Assembly: GCF_018977255.1 (NCBI RefSeq)
Contig: NW_024704742.1
Coordinates: 46,998,001-47,062,000, forward strand
Origin: Callorhinchus milii
Taxonomy: Eukaryota
Direction: 5' to 3'
DNA length: 64,000 nucleotides
Part shown: positions 41,586 through 54,346 of the stretch, piece by piece
Numbering within the stretch: position 1 is the first letter of the stretch
How the letters are laid out: each line of letters begins with the position of its first letter
The notes under the pieces: generated by a model
What the model was told of the DNA's origin: nothing
The model's database searches: none
Seen by the model: the letters and a program-made list of their open reading frames with translations, nothing else
Program-made: the position numbers and the translations under genes

Positions 41586-42719
41586 CAAATGTATAGGATA
41601 TAAATTGATTCTGGCTGTACTTCCCTGTAGCCTCTCGAAAGCTGTGGGGTGGTCCTAAAATTTTTCATTGGATTTTGGTTTCATGCCATTAAAGAGTCAT
41701 TTGCGCATTTGTCTCTTTTACTTCATGGCTGTGTGTAGGACATTGCTGTGTGCAAATTGGCTGTTGTTTTTGCCTACAAAATACACAGTCACTTTACAGT
41801 AAATCTTGTAAAGGGCTATGAGATATCCTCCCAGCATGAAAGCTGCTATATCAAATGTAAGGATTATTATGAATTAAAAACTATCACTCAATTTTGTTTT
41901 GTGTTTTGCATGTCCAAAATAATTTTTCTTGACAGCTTCAACTCAGAGGTGACCTCAAAGAAGTCTATAACATTTTAAATGGGATTGAAAAAGTAAACCC
42001 CAATCAATACTTCAGGGTTTACTTTTTCACAAGAGGACATAGGTTTAGAGTAGTAAAGGGCAATTTCAGGACAGACACGAGGAAGTTTTTCTTTACTCAG
42101 AAGATGATCAATGACTATAACAGGTTGCGAGCAAAGGTGGTAGAGGCCAGGACACTTTTCTTTTATTTTGCATAAATGTTTTGTGAGATTCATTCTGTGT
42201 GAAAGGCTCTATATAAGTGCAAGATGTTATTAGCATGTATTTTCCTCTGTGTTTATTTTCCATTATATTTCCTCCATTATTTCCAAATCATTTTGCTTCA
42301 GTGTCTTTTTCAATATTATGGTTGCGTTTTAGGATGTGTCAGTTTTTATTTCTTGCTTACTTCCTGTTCACTGCTCCTGTTTCTTTTGGTTCTGCTCGGA
42401 GTGCAGTGGTCAGGATAATCACGGAAGTAATTTGTTGTAATAAACTACTGAAGTGAACTGATGGATCGCTTTTGTTTTCACGGTGACATCTTACAGACAC
42501 GGAAGAATGAGCAAGGAAGTGTTGGGGGCAGAAGAAGAGGAACCAAAAGCGTAAAAAGCGTATAGCTATAAAAAGTGACTATGAACGATGAAGAGGTTTG
42601 TGAGGATTACGGAGCCTTGAAGTTAAATTATACAAAAAACAAAGTATTGGTTTAAGCCTTTGGGAGACAGGGTGATCTCAGTAGGTTGGTGCTTACTTCA
42701 CCACACAGTCATAAGCGAT

Positions 42720-42935
42720 GGGTTTGTGTCCAATGGCCTACAAAAATACACAGTGACTGCAATTTACAGCGAATCCTGTGAAGAGCTTTCAGATGTCCTC
42801 CTGATGTGAATTGGCTGCCGCGTTTCACCCACAAAATATACAGTCAATTCACTTTGCAGTATATTCTGTGAAGCACTTTGAGATATCTAGAACACATGAA
42901 AAGTGCTATATCAAATGCAAGGATTATTATTATAT
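42720..42935 (+). mobile_element. Two tandem SINE 3' fragments
   Basis: Family body and tail repeated. Confidence 0.75.
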
Positions 42936-43004
42936 GATTAATAAATCACCACATTGCTAAAATGTTGCAAAAAACTACTCTGAAGTCACAGGAGACATTC
43001 TGGA

Positions 43005-43200
43005 ACTCTCTCCCCCAAAAGGTTGTGGATGCTGGATCCATTCAAATTTGCAAGACTGAGATGGTTATCTATTTGTCAGGTCAGGGTATCAAGGGATCTG
43101 GGGCAAGGGTGGGTAATTGTAGTTGAGGTACAGATCAGCCATGATCTTATAGAATGGTGGAATAGGCTTGAGGGGCTGAATGACCTCCTCCTATTCCTAT
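43005..43200 (+). mobile_element. CR1 3' fragment
   Basis: WNSLPQKVVDAG motif and a typical 3' UTR. Confidence 0.75.
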
Positions 43201-43891
43201 GATAACGGCTTCTTGTAAGTTCTGTAACTTACTGAAAAACGTCTTCAAAGTTAAGACTAAATTTAACCAGAATTGACCAGAACAATACAAAGGTTCACCT
43301 ATAAAATACTTAGCAATTACACTTTGCAGCATATTCTGCACAGTCACACCACTTTACTATCTTATGAAGCGTTTTGGGATTTCTTCTGACTTAAAAAGCC
43401 CTATAACAAATATAAGGATTATTATGATTATTATCGTATGAAATGTAAGGTATATTTGTTTATTATATAGTACTCTAGATTTGGCCTGAGCACAACACTA
43501 TACCATGTCTTCTGAAGGACCAGATTTAACTTAAGTTAGCAATGTAGTCAAGGATCCTGTTTTGCCTTATATTACTGCATCACAGTATTTGGACATGCTG
43601 GGCAATGAGTAACCTAGGCTTCTTTCCAATTCTCCCTTGGCTATCCCATCCTTTGAGGCTGATAAATGTAAGTATCAGGCTGCGCAGGGATCTGAACACC
43701 TAATGTTTGGATTCTAAATCGAATGCTATCCTGCCAGTTAACATTTCCATTAAGAAGAAAAATTGATTGATGGAAGACTTTGCATTTTAAATGTATTTGA
43801 AGATTTGCATTTCAATTTACACAAAGCTTGCTCCTGAAAAAAAAAGCATTCAGCGCTGCTCTCAGGGTAGAATCTATAAAATAAGCGAGAT

Positions 43892-44291
43892 TTCATAGAA
43901 TCATAGAATTATACAGCACAGAAGGAGGCCATTTGGCCCATCGTATCTGTGCTGGCTCTTTGAAAAGAGCTTTCCAATTCAATTCCACTCCCCTGCTCTC
44001 TCCCCATAGCCCTGCAAACTTGTCCTCCCCAAATAATTATCTGCTTGTCTCTTAAAAGTTGCTATCGAATCGGCTTCTACCATCCTTTCAGGCAATGCAT
44101 TCCAGATCCGAACAACTCACTGTGTGAAAAAAATTCTCCTCACCCCCCCCTCTGTTTCGTTTAACAACTATTTTAAATCGGTGTCCTCGGTTTACCGATC
44201 CACCCGCCAGTGGAAATAATTTCTCCTTATTCACCCTATCAAATCCCTTCATAATTTTGAAAACATCTATTAAGTCTCCTCTTAACCTCCT
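43892..44291 (-). mobile_element. CR1 3' fragment
   Basis: (CATAGAAT)n end, i.e. the reverse complement of the CR1 ATTCTATG terminal repeat, plus an RLRGDLI-type motif. Confidence 0.85.
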
Positions 44292-44626
44292 AATTTGTAA
44301 AATGTCAGTGTAAATACACTGAGGTAAACATGACAGCCTTTCACGGTGTGTTCCTTGTGCTAATTAACACAAGAAACATGTTATAAAATGCCATAAACTT
44401 TACCCCACTGACTTTGAAGAGCAAAACAAGCAGTCAACTGAGAGTTTGGGTTTCAAATATAATATTTGGCACTTGGAACATTGACAAGGCTGAATTTCTC
44501 AACAAGTGACGATTGACCTTTTAAGGCTGAAATGACTTTGCAAGAAGCTGATGTATGCGTGCAACAAACTCCTGGAATGCAACACTTTGGTACTAACACA
44601 GTCCTGCAGATATCTTATTCTAAAGA

Positions 44627-44754
44627 TGCGCAATTGGCTGCCGCGTTTCGCCCACAAATATACAGTCAATTCACTTTACAGTATATTCTGTAAAGAGCTT
44701 TGAGACGTCTAGAAGACATGAAAACACTGTACAAAATGCAAGGATTATTATTAT
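44627..44754 (+). mobile_element. Major SINE 3' fragment
   Basis: Family tail. Confidence 0.85.
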
Positions 44755-44772
44755 AAAGACATTTAGGTTTCT

Positions 44773-45450
44773 ACAACAACAACAACTTGCATTTAAATAG
44801 CGCCTTTCATGCCGGGTAGTGTCCTAGATCGCTTAACAGTGAGATTTGGAAGTGGGGAGGGAGGGGGCAAGGAGGAGGGATTGGGGGAGAGAGTTTTAGA
44901 GCTTCAGGTCGTAGTGATTGATAGCACGGCCACCAATGATGGAGCGAAGGGGGCAAGGGATGAACAGGAGCTGAGGCCGGACCTGGCTGAGCAGAGGCAG
45001 TGGGGGATGAGCAAGTTAGAAAGGTAGGGAGGTGCGAGGGCATAAATAGATTTGAAAACGAGTGAGAGGATCTTGAAGTTGATCCGTTCGAAGTTGGGAG
45101 CCAGTGGAGCCTGGCAAGGACTTGTTTAATGAGGATTTGGAGTTTTATACGGGTTAGTATCTGGGCGGCAGAGTTTTGAATTAATTGTATTTTGTGTATG
45201 GTGGAGCTGGGGAGGCCAGCGAGGAGGACATTTGAAAAGTCCAGCCGGGAAGTGACAAAGGCGTGGACGAGGGTTTCGGTTGCTGTGGGTGTGAGATACA
45301 GACAGAGGGTTTCTAGGGACCCTTTGGCACAGAATAAGAGAAAGGTCTTCAGGTGCGATCTTAAGAAGGGCAAAGCGGGGGCAAGGAGTAGAGATTGAGG
45401 CAGTGAGTTCCTGAGTTTTGGGGGAGAGTGGCTGAATGCATAACCACACA
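44773..45450 (-). mobile_element. L2 fragments (two joined pieces)
   Basis: [24 protein letters not shown]; (TTG)n tail. Confidence 0.9.
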
Positions 45451-46964
45451 ATCATTTTAAGGGGATCGGAAACAATTTCACATAACTCAGCACCATGCTC
45501 TAATTTTTTTAGAGATGACCTATCTCAAGAGATTGAATGGATGGATAGAATGGATTATATCTGCCCTGTGAGGAAGGGATTCCGTTGAGATGCTGACAAA
45601 AAAATTAGATTTATTACTTCTCTTTGATAATATTTCCTGCAAATGTGATCTTCCCGGTTCACGGCAATAGGAATGGTTTGAATTAAGACTCATGCAACTT
45701 CACACTTACGAGTTTGTTGTGAATTAGGAGATGGAGCATTGACGAGATCATTTTGTCAAGCTTCCCGTTGCTCATCCAGATAGAAATACCCTACCCTACC
45801 CTGGCCATGGGGGCGTTGGCTTGCAGTGTTAGCAGGAGCTGAGTGGGAAAAATCTCTGCTTTCCAGTGACTGACTGACCTGTTTGTCCTTCCATAACTCC
45901 TGCCGATGAGCCAGGCTGAGCTGGGCTGTACTGCCGTTAGCAGAGCCCTGGAATACCGCTGACCCGCCTGGCTCAGGAACCAGGTGAACGAGAGAGAGAG
46001 AGAGAGACCACTCCAGAGGGTGGAATTAATTCTGAGAGTCAATTGCCAAGTGAGCCAGATTTATTGTCTGAAAGCAACCGTGCTTTCGATGCATAAACTT
46101 CCCCCTCTTCTCCAACCCCCTCTCTCCCCCACCTCACTCTCCGAATAAATGATCTGATTCTCCTAAGCCCAGTTGTCCCCCTTTTAGGTAAGTTTTCTAA
46201 CTCACGCACACATACCTCTGTTTACGTAGCAGTAAGGAGGAACCCAGTTGCTAGTCGATTGGCAGATCACTTTGAGACAGAAAACGTGAAAGGGTGCTGT
46301 ATCAAATGCAAGGATTATTATTATTATTATTATTCACTGGCACTTATACTACTGTCCTACATATCAGAACTATCTATTTCTTCCATCGGTTCCCTTCCCC
46401 CCATTTACACAGACATTATTGCAATGGTTTAGGAAAATAGCTTTGGAAGAGGCAGATTATGGTCAACTCCATGGGTATTTAACTGAACAACTTTATATTT
46501 AGACCTATAATTTGAAAATTCAAACTTTATACACTAGTAGACTTTAAATCATTGCAACCTTTTTTTCACCTAATCATAGTGGGATTAAATATCTGGAATG
46601 ATATTAACACTGGATATAAATGCAATATCCTCTGGTTCTAGGTCAAGTGACAGTTTTAGCATTGAAGATGTTAAGTCACTGAACTCAGCAATGATGGGAA
46701 TGCAAGTACTCACATTCTGGTCTGTGGTTTGAAAGGCTCTAGTAATAAAGCATATGATACAAGTTGTTGGATGATATTTCAGCTGTAATCGATATTGCTT
46801 CTGTTTTGAATAGTAATAAATCTCACCTTTGGGGACTGTGAAAGCGAAACACTGCCAGTAGTTAGAAGGTTTTGAGAAACTATGCAAAAGTGGTATTGTA
46901 TTTAGAAAATATTCTAGTGCTGTGAATAATGAAGTTTGCATTTTCATTTTTATTTCCCTGGCTA

Positions 46965-47134
46965 ATCGGTGACTCACTCCATAGCTGTTTATGGGGCATT
47001 GCTGTGTGAAATTGGCTACCCTGCTTTGCCACAAGTACACAGTCAATCCACTTTGCAGTATTTCCTGTGAAGCACTTTGAGACATCTCAACTACGTGATA
47101 AGGGACTATATCAAATGTAAGGATTATTATTATT
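46965..47134 (+). mobile_element. SINE 3' fragment
   Basis: Diverged family body and tail. Confidence 0.75.
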
Positions 47135-47692
47135 AATTTTTATTTGAAAGTGGTGTTGAAATCAAATATAAAACAAGTGTTAATCCAGTGCAATGACATC
47201 TAATAGGCTTGCATAAGAACAAATCTTACAAACCTGTTCATCAAATTCTCCCTCCATCTGTGGGTAAGTGAGTTATTATAAACCCTTGAAATTAAACAAA
47301 TCAACAGATTGAAGAGGAAATTAATGCATACAGGAGATAGAAGGCAATAGAGGAGTATAGGAAGGGTGGAGACTTGTGTAAAGTACAAACACCGGCAAGG
47401 ACTAGTTTGGCTCGAGTGGCCTGTTTCTGTGCTGTAATGTTCTGTGTAATTCTATGACTGGGAATTGCCATTATCTGGTATTTTGAACTAACTTCCTACC
47501 CCCAGAACAGGAGACCCTGCAGGGCTGAGTTCCTGGCTGTTTTATTTAATAACCTCTGCTTCATAATAGTTATCAGGAGAGTGGAATGGCTATTAAATCT
47601 GGTTAACCCAGCAGTTACATTTCATGAATACAAACAGTCAGGGGATGAATGGACAGCCTGTAACAATCTGTGCTTACTCTTTAGGAGATAGT

Positions 47693-47769
47693 GGGATGAA
47701 ATTTGCGGTGTTTCATAACATGATAATTAACTTAATGAACATATTATGAAACCCTGCTAATTTCTCCCC
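47693..47769. mobile_element. ~80-bp palindromic MITE-like element
   Basis: GGGATGAAATTTGCGG...CTGCTAATTTCTCCCC with TSD AGT/AGT. Confidence 0.7.
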
Positions 47770-50059
47770 AGTTAATCTTTTGACAGTCAGTGTAATCCAG
47801 AGATTAAAAACAAGACCCATTACCAACAACAACAACAAAATTACATTTGTATAGCACCTTTCACGTCAGGAGAACGTCCCATTACCCCTTATACAGTGAT
47901 GGTATTCATCCTTTAAAAGCAAAACTTTGTAAAGAATTTCAAAAACGTTGACATAAAAGAAATAATTCATCTTTGTTAGTGGCATATTAAACAATAGATA
48001 TGGGAATATCTTATTATTAGCAAGTGAACAAAACTCAGCTAATAAGAGAAGACTGGGCACAGATTAATCTAGTGCTGAAAGAGAGAAACACAAAAATAAC
48101 CCCTTTCAGATTCAGAGAAAACTGCTGACAATACACAGGCATTTTCTGTTTTTATTTCAGTTTGCAGCATTAATTTTTTTTATCTCTTGGAAGACACTGG
48201 CTTCATTTATGGTTTGTTTTCTGGCGGCAGGAACAACTATCTGGAACTTTTTTCTCATTGGAACAAAGGAGTGATGTGATAGAGGTCTTTAAAATGATGA
48301 GGAGTTTTGATAGAGTCATAGGCCAAAGGCACATCTTCTGGCTGTGCATTGCTATCATTAGCTGCTAAAGCTTCCCATCTTGATTAACGGTGTGTCCTTT
48401 GCTCACACACAGAGAGGTAGAGCACATAATGCAGTCGATGAGGGCATAGGTCTGTTAGAGGAGAATGCAGCTCTTTCAAGCATCATCTGTCTCCCGGGGG
48501 TTGTCATATTTATAAAGTCCACCAAAATATACCATCACTGTATAAAGGGTAATGGGACGTTCTCCTCGTGAAGATAGGTCCCATATTCAGCGGCACATCT
48601 TGATCAGGCAACAGATGTTGGGGTATATTTAAGCTACATTCGAAAGATCCAACACATCGCAGGGTATGGAGTCAGCACAGGAACAGCAATATACCTATTT
48701 CAGCCGAATGATTCCAAACTTGTTGAAGGAAAGTCTAAAGTTGCTCTTTAGTTCCCAGAATTTGAGTTAATGCATCTATTGCCAACACTGACACATCTAT
48801 GAATAACATATGAGCAGAAGACTCGTTCTGCCATTGTGTGGAGGAGATATTCTCAGGCAGGTGACTCTCTTAAAAAGCCATTTTCCAAACAATTTCCAGT
48901 ACACTTTTAAACTATGATTTCTTCCCTTTTCACGGACAGTGGAGGCTGAACAATTGTCAACATCACCTGCTCATTAAAAAGACTAACGCTGTAAAAACTT
49001 TCATTTCAATTGTGTGGCTACAAATCCTATACACCTGCAATATGTAAGTGTCAAAAACGAGACAGTTTTTTGTGGAATGTGACATTGCCACAAGCTTAGT
49101 GTGGTCTGTTATCTAAGCACATCATAGATAAGGATGGAACTGTCCTATGTTCCTGCAGCTTTGACCTCGAAGAAATGTATATTTATGACTGTTGAAAAAA
49201 CAATTTCTACATTTAACTTGACTTACTGCCCATTATCATTTCTTTTTCAAAACTTCAATGTTCAGTCGATATATGAAAAAAAACTTCCAGAATACCAGTG
49301 AGATGTGTAAGAATCATAAAGGTGTGCTTGTCTTAACACAGACGATAGGGAAGGAATTTATAAAGTTAAACAAGATAAATTAAGGCTTTGAGAATACTAC
49401 TGCTATACTTGTTACGCAAAAAAATGCCTCAGAATTTCTTTGTTCTGAACAAAGATGTGACCACTGAACAATTTCGGATTTAACTCTTCTGCTGAACCAA
49501 CAGTAACAACACTTAACACAATTACCTGTGAAGCACTTTGAGAACGTTTCAACTAAAAGTCAGAAATTAGGCCAGGAAGTATTTCTTCACAGAGAAAGCT
49601 GTAGAGTTGGAATCAATAGGGATGTTTAAAAAAGAGATAGATATTTGAGCAATGCAGATATTAAGGGCAAAAGGGCAGGGCATTGGGATAAAAAAAATCC
49701 TGTTCTGTTTTCCAGTATTTCTGTTTATAGGCACTATACAAATGGAAGGATTATTATTATAATTATTGAATATATTATCAAACATCACATTGTTGGGCTG
49801 CATTCCCTCAGTCATTTTCACACATCATTATTATCAAAGCTGGATTCAAATGTTAAGCCAGGCACGTCCGTAACAATTTGTTATGCACATTGGATATAAC
49901 ATGAAGAATAGTCCCGAATGAATAACAGACCAAAGAAGAACTAGCAAGTATAGTACATCATAATTTTGAGCTAAACAGTAATGTTACTCTGTTACTTTGT
50001 GATCAGTTTCTCTGGCAGGTATTCTCTTTATATTGTGAGAAGAAATTATAATAATGTAT

Positions 50060-50380
50060 CAATGTCTCAAAGAGCTTTAGAGTAATTACTGTTAAGCCGA
50101 ATTGGAAATCAATTTTGTACAGCAATGCTGCCCAAAAAAGCCAGATGGTGAATGACCAGATTACTTTGGAGGTTATTAACCAGGGAACCGTGAAAAAAAA
50201 CCTTCTCTTTTGAATAATGCCATGGGTTATTTAACGTCCACTTGAACAGGCAGATTGGACCTCAGTTTAACATCTCACCCAACCATTCAGCACTCCTCTA
50301 ATCCCTGTACTGTAGTGTCAGCCCGGACTGTGAGCTCAGACTCTCCAAAGTGGGGTTTGATTTAACAAACCTCTGACCCA
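50060..50380 (-). mobile_element. Older Deu-domain SINE fragment
   Basis: Reverse-complement Deu core (TTTGAATAATGCCATGGG). Confidence 0.65.
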
Positions 50381-52169
50381 AAACTGAGATTGTTAAAAAA
50401 TTTTACACAATTGTTTGCTCAGTTTTTAAACTCTAACAGCTGACAAATATTAAATATGTAAGTATTAAATAAGTATTAAAGGTAGGTTTCCTCTGATACA
50501 GGTGACCAATGCATGGCAGTATCATAATAATCCTTGCATTTGATATAGTGCCTTATCATTTGTCAGGAATTACTGTAAAGTGTAGGGGCTGTATATTTGT
50601 AGGCAAATTCAGCAGCCAGTTTGCACACAGACCTTTCCTACAAATAGTCATGAAATCAATGACCAATTTTATTTGTGGGATTGTTGGCCAGGACACCGGG
50701 GAAACTCCCTTCTCTTTTTGAATAATGTCTTGGGATCTTTAATGTCCATGTGAATCATTGTGTAGATATGACATCTTCTTACACTATGGTTGCTGTGGAT
50801 CCTGCTTTAGCTTTACCTGTATGGATGAATTAATTTGGCTAGTTTAGGTCTCATGTTGCAAAGTTGCTAGGAGATTGTTATGCGAGATTTTACCGAGAGC
50901 AGCACTCAAAAAGAAACAGCTGTTAAGAGTTTACAAACTGATCAAACAATAATGCAAAAAAAACTGTATCCCACAAAGTGATTAATGAAGTTTACAGTTT
51001 AATTCATCTTATTTATATTATAAATGTATATTGTATTATTATACTTCACTATGTGACTTGCCTGCAGATGTTATAATCATCGCACCCCAAAATCAAACTG
51101 TGGCTGTGCCAAGTGATTGCTGGTCAAACAGAATAAAGTGTTCACAAATCTGCATCAATTCTCCTAGAACAGGAGAAAGGGATTACTTGGGTGAAACTTG
51201 ACATTTTGTAGTGATCCAGCCACTGTATTACGAAATGAAATAATAATGCTGTAATTTGATATTGGTTCATAATTTTGAAACATCTCCAGCCCATTTGCGC
51301 ACAGCAATGTCCCACAAACAGCAGGGAGATTGCAGAGTATGGGCAGGAGCACTGTAACATCAGTACATATCAAGAACTTAATTTTCTGGCTACCCATGAT
51401 GGCCCAATCTTCTGTGACAGATATGTAGAGATGTGACAGCGGAAAGTATACTTCTTTTCTTGCCCAAGAAACAGCCCGAAAGCAATAAGCTGGCACCAGT
51501 TATTGGGGACACCATTGGCTGCTGACAAATGCAAATGCAACATTAACTGAGCACTCTTCAGGGACAAGTGATTTGTTTCAACTGAACTTCTCTTGTGGTC
51601 TTGTGTTTGTTCAAGGAGGAGGAAAAAAGAATTAGTTTTGTTATCTTCAAGATGTTGCACCTTGATTCAATTTAGGTCATTTGTGTTTCGTCAAAAATTA
51701 AAAGCCTTCAGAGAGGAAATGGGAGGAGACTATTACAGGAAAGTATTTTATAAGAGAGAAAAAAATCCTTCTATTCAAAAGTCCTCTGTGCTTCATTTGT
51801 TTTAACATTTTAAAATGGGACTCTACATAGTCTTGAAATCAGAAAACATTAACTCACACAGAGAACTGGGAGGATATGTTGCCTCTCAGAAGATGACAAA
51901 TCGATTGGGATGTTTAAAAGGCAGATTGATGGATGCTTGGGAAGCAGTGGTATTAAGGGATATGGAGAAAGGCTGGGAAATTAGATTAAAAGATCTGCAA
52001 TAAAAATCAACATTGAATTGCCTCCTCTTGTCCTTGTATATAGACTTGGAAATTTCATTTATTTGACCATTGCTTGCCTGAGCAATACTGCAAATACTCC
52101 ACCAATTAATACATACGTATAACTCAATTACTGAAGTATTTTTGGTGCCAGTTTTTAGTGTTACTGATG

Positions 52170-52480
52170 ATTCACGTTCAAAACCTACCTCAAGACATAC
52201 TTTTTTGCCTTAACATTAGGTCATCTTTTCCTTCCTCACTCTTTAGCTCCCACCCATGTTTCCACCAGCCTCGTGCCCTCTGTTCCACCATTGGTGTCCA
52301 TGTTTTCAGCACTACGCCCTGAAATTCTGGAAGACTCTTCCTCTATCTCTTTGCTTTGTCCCTTCGTTCTCCACCTTCAGATTGCAACTGAAGACCTACC
52401 TGTTTGACCTTGCTTACAGCCACCTCCCCCCAGCTCGGGGTCATGAGGGGCGCTATATAAATGCAAGTTGTTGTTGTTGT
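52170..52480 (+). mobile_element. L2 3' fragments
   Basis: LKTYLFDLAY plus (TTG)n. Confidence 0.75.
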
Positions 52481-53221
52481 AGATTGTGTACCCAGCAAGC
52501 AGTGTGAAGCACTTCAGATATCCTCCAATATTAAAGACACTATAAAAATATAAACTGCATTGTATAATGTTAATACTGTGGTGATCAAACTGACCTCCTT
52601 TCAAGGTGGGATAATTTCACTGATTGGTGATGATTACAATCATTGCCAGTAGCAGAGTTTTCCCTTCACAGACTTGAATTTGAGATAATTTTAAACACAC
52701 CAATTAAAAAAATGATCATTTACACCGACATCTTCAGCGTCAGAGCTGATTTAAATTCCTAACGTAGTGCCTCTTAGAATCCCTAATAGAATCAATTCTA
52801 TTTAGTTAGGGCAGATCAAAGGTCTTTATTTGAATCAAATTAGCCAGTTTTAATAATTCCAGACAAATGGGAACCTTTACTTCATTAAATGAGAAGCTGA
52901 TACACTGTAGGGGGTGAAGGACAGATCTGGAATCTACACATCGCTCACTGGGTTGTCTATCTTTTACATATTTGCTTATGTTAATGTCTGCTGCTTCCGT
53001 GATGTACAGGTGCCTGCACAACAATTTCGGCTGTGCATACTTTGACATTATTACCAGGTACATAGGAACAGGAGTAGGTCATGTTACCCATCTGTCATTT
53101 TATTACTTTATATTGTAATTTCTCTTTCTCATCCAAATACCCCACATTTTGTTTTATCCTTTCATACCATTACTTCCCAAGTACCTCTCTGTCTTTTAAA
53201 CTTTTAAACAGGCCAGTTGAT

Positions 53222-54346
53222 CCACAAACGGCTTTTCCTCCAGCCCCCGCACTGTCTCATGCGGTGTCCCTCAGGGCTCTGTCCTCAGTCCCCTCCTCTT
53301 CACCCTCTATATGCTCCCCCTTGGTGACATCATCCGCAGACATGGGGTTAACTTCCACATGTATGCGGATGACACCCAACTCTACCTTTCCTCCTCTACC
53401 CTCAACTCCACGACCACCGATGTCCTGACAGCTGCCTGTCCGACATCGAGTCTTGGACGAGAGACAACTTTCTTCAGCTCAACGTGTGCAAAACTGAGGC
53501 CCTCCTGATTGGCTCACGTCAGCGCCTCCGCACCTCAGGCGCTGACAGCATCAGCATCCAAGGCTGCACTCTCCACCTCTCAAAGCCGTCAGGAACCTCG
53601 GGGTTCTGTTCGACCCTGAGTTGTCCTTTCTCCCTCATATCTGCGCCACAACTGGCACCGCCGTCCATCACCTCCGGAACATCGCCAGACTACGGCACTA
53701 CCTCACCCCTCACGCTGCTGAAACCTGGTCCACGCCTTTGTCACCTCAAGGCTGGACTATGGGAACTCTCTCCTCGCCGGCCTTCCCGGCACCTCCCTCC
53801 ACAAGCTGCAGGTCATTCAGAACTCTGCAGCTCGTGTACTGTCCCGCACCAGGCTTCGGGACCACATAACTCCCACCCTCGCTCGCCTCCACTGGCTCCC
53901 CATCCCCCAGAGGATCGAATTCAAGATCCTCATCCTCACCTACAAGGCCATTCATGGCCTTGCTCCCTCCTACCTCTCTGACCTACTATCCCCCTACCTA
54001 CCTGCCCGTACCCTCCGTTCCTCTGGCTCCGGTCTGCTCCACATCCCCCGCCCCAACCGCCCTACCATCGGTGGCCGGGCCTTCAGCCTCTCAGCCCCAA
54101 GATTCTGGAACTCCATTCCCCAGTGCCTTCGCCGCCTCCTCCCTTTCCTCCTTCAAGGCCGGTCTCAAGACCTTTTTCTTTGACCGTGCCTTCAGTACCC
54201 CTCTCGACTCTCTACCCCCTCCTCGCTCCCTCCCTTCCCTCCCCCTGACCATTTCCCCCCTGCTCGGGTCCTGACCTAACTGTACAGCGCTTTGGGATGT
54301 CCTCCCGACATGAAAGGCACTCTATAAATGGAATCTTGTTGTTGTT
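53222..54346 (+). mobile_element. L2-clade LINE, 5'-truncated (RT C-terminal half plus 3' UTR)
   Basis: Motifs [37 protein letters not shown] and [10 protein letters not shown]; (TTG)n tail. Confidence 0.95.
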
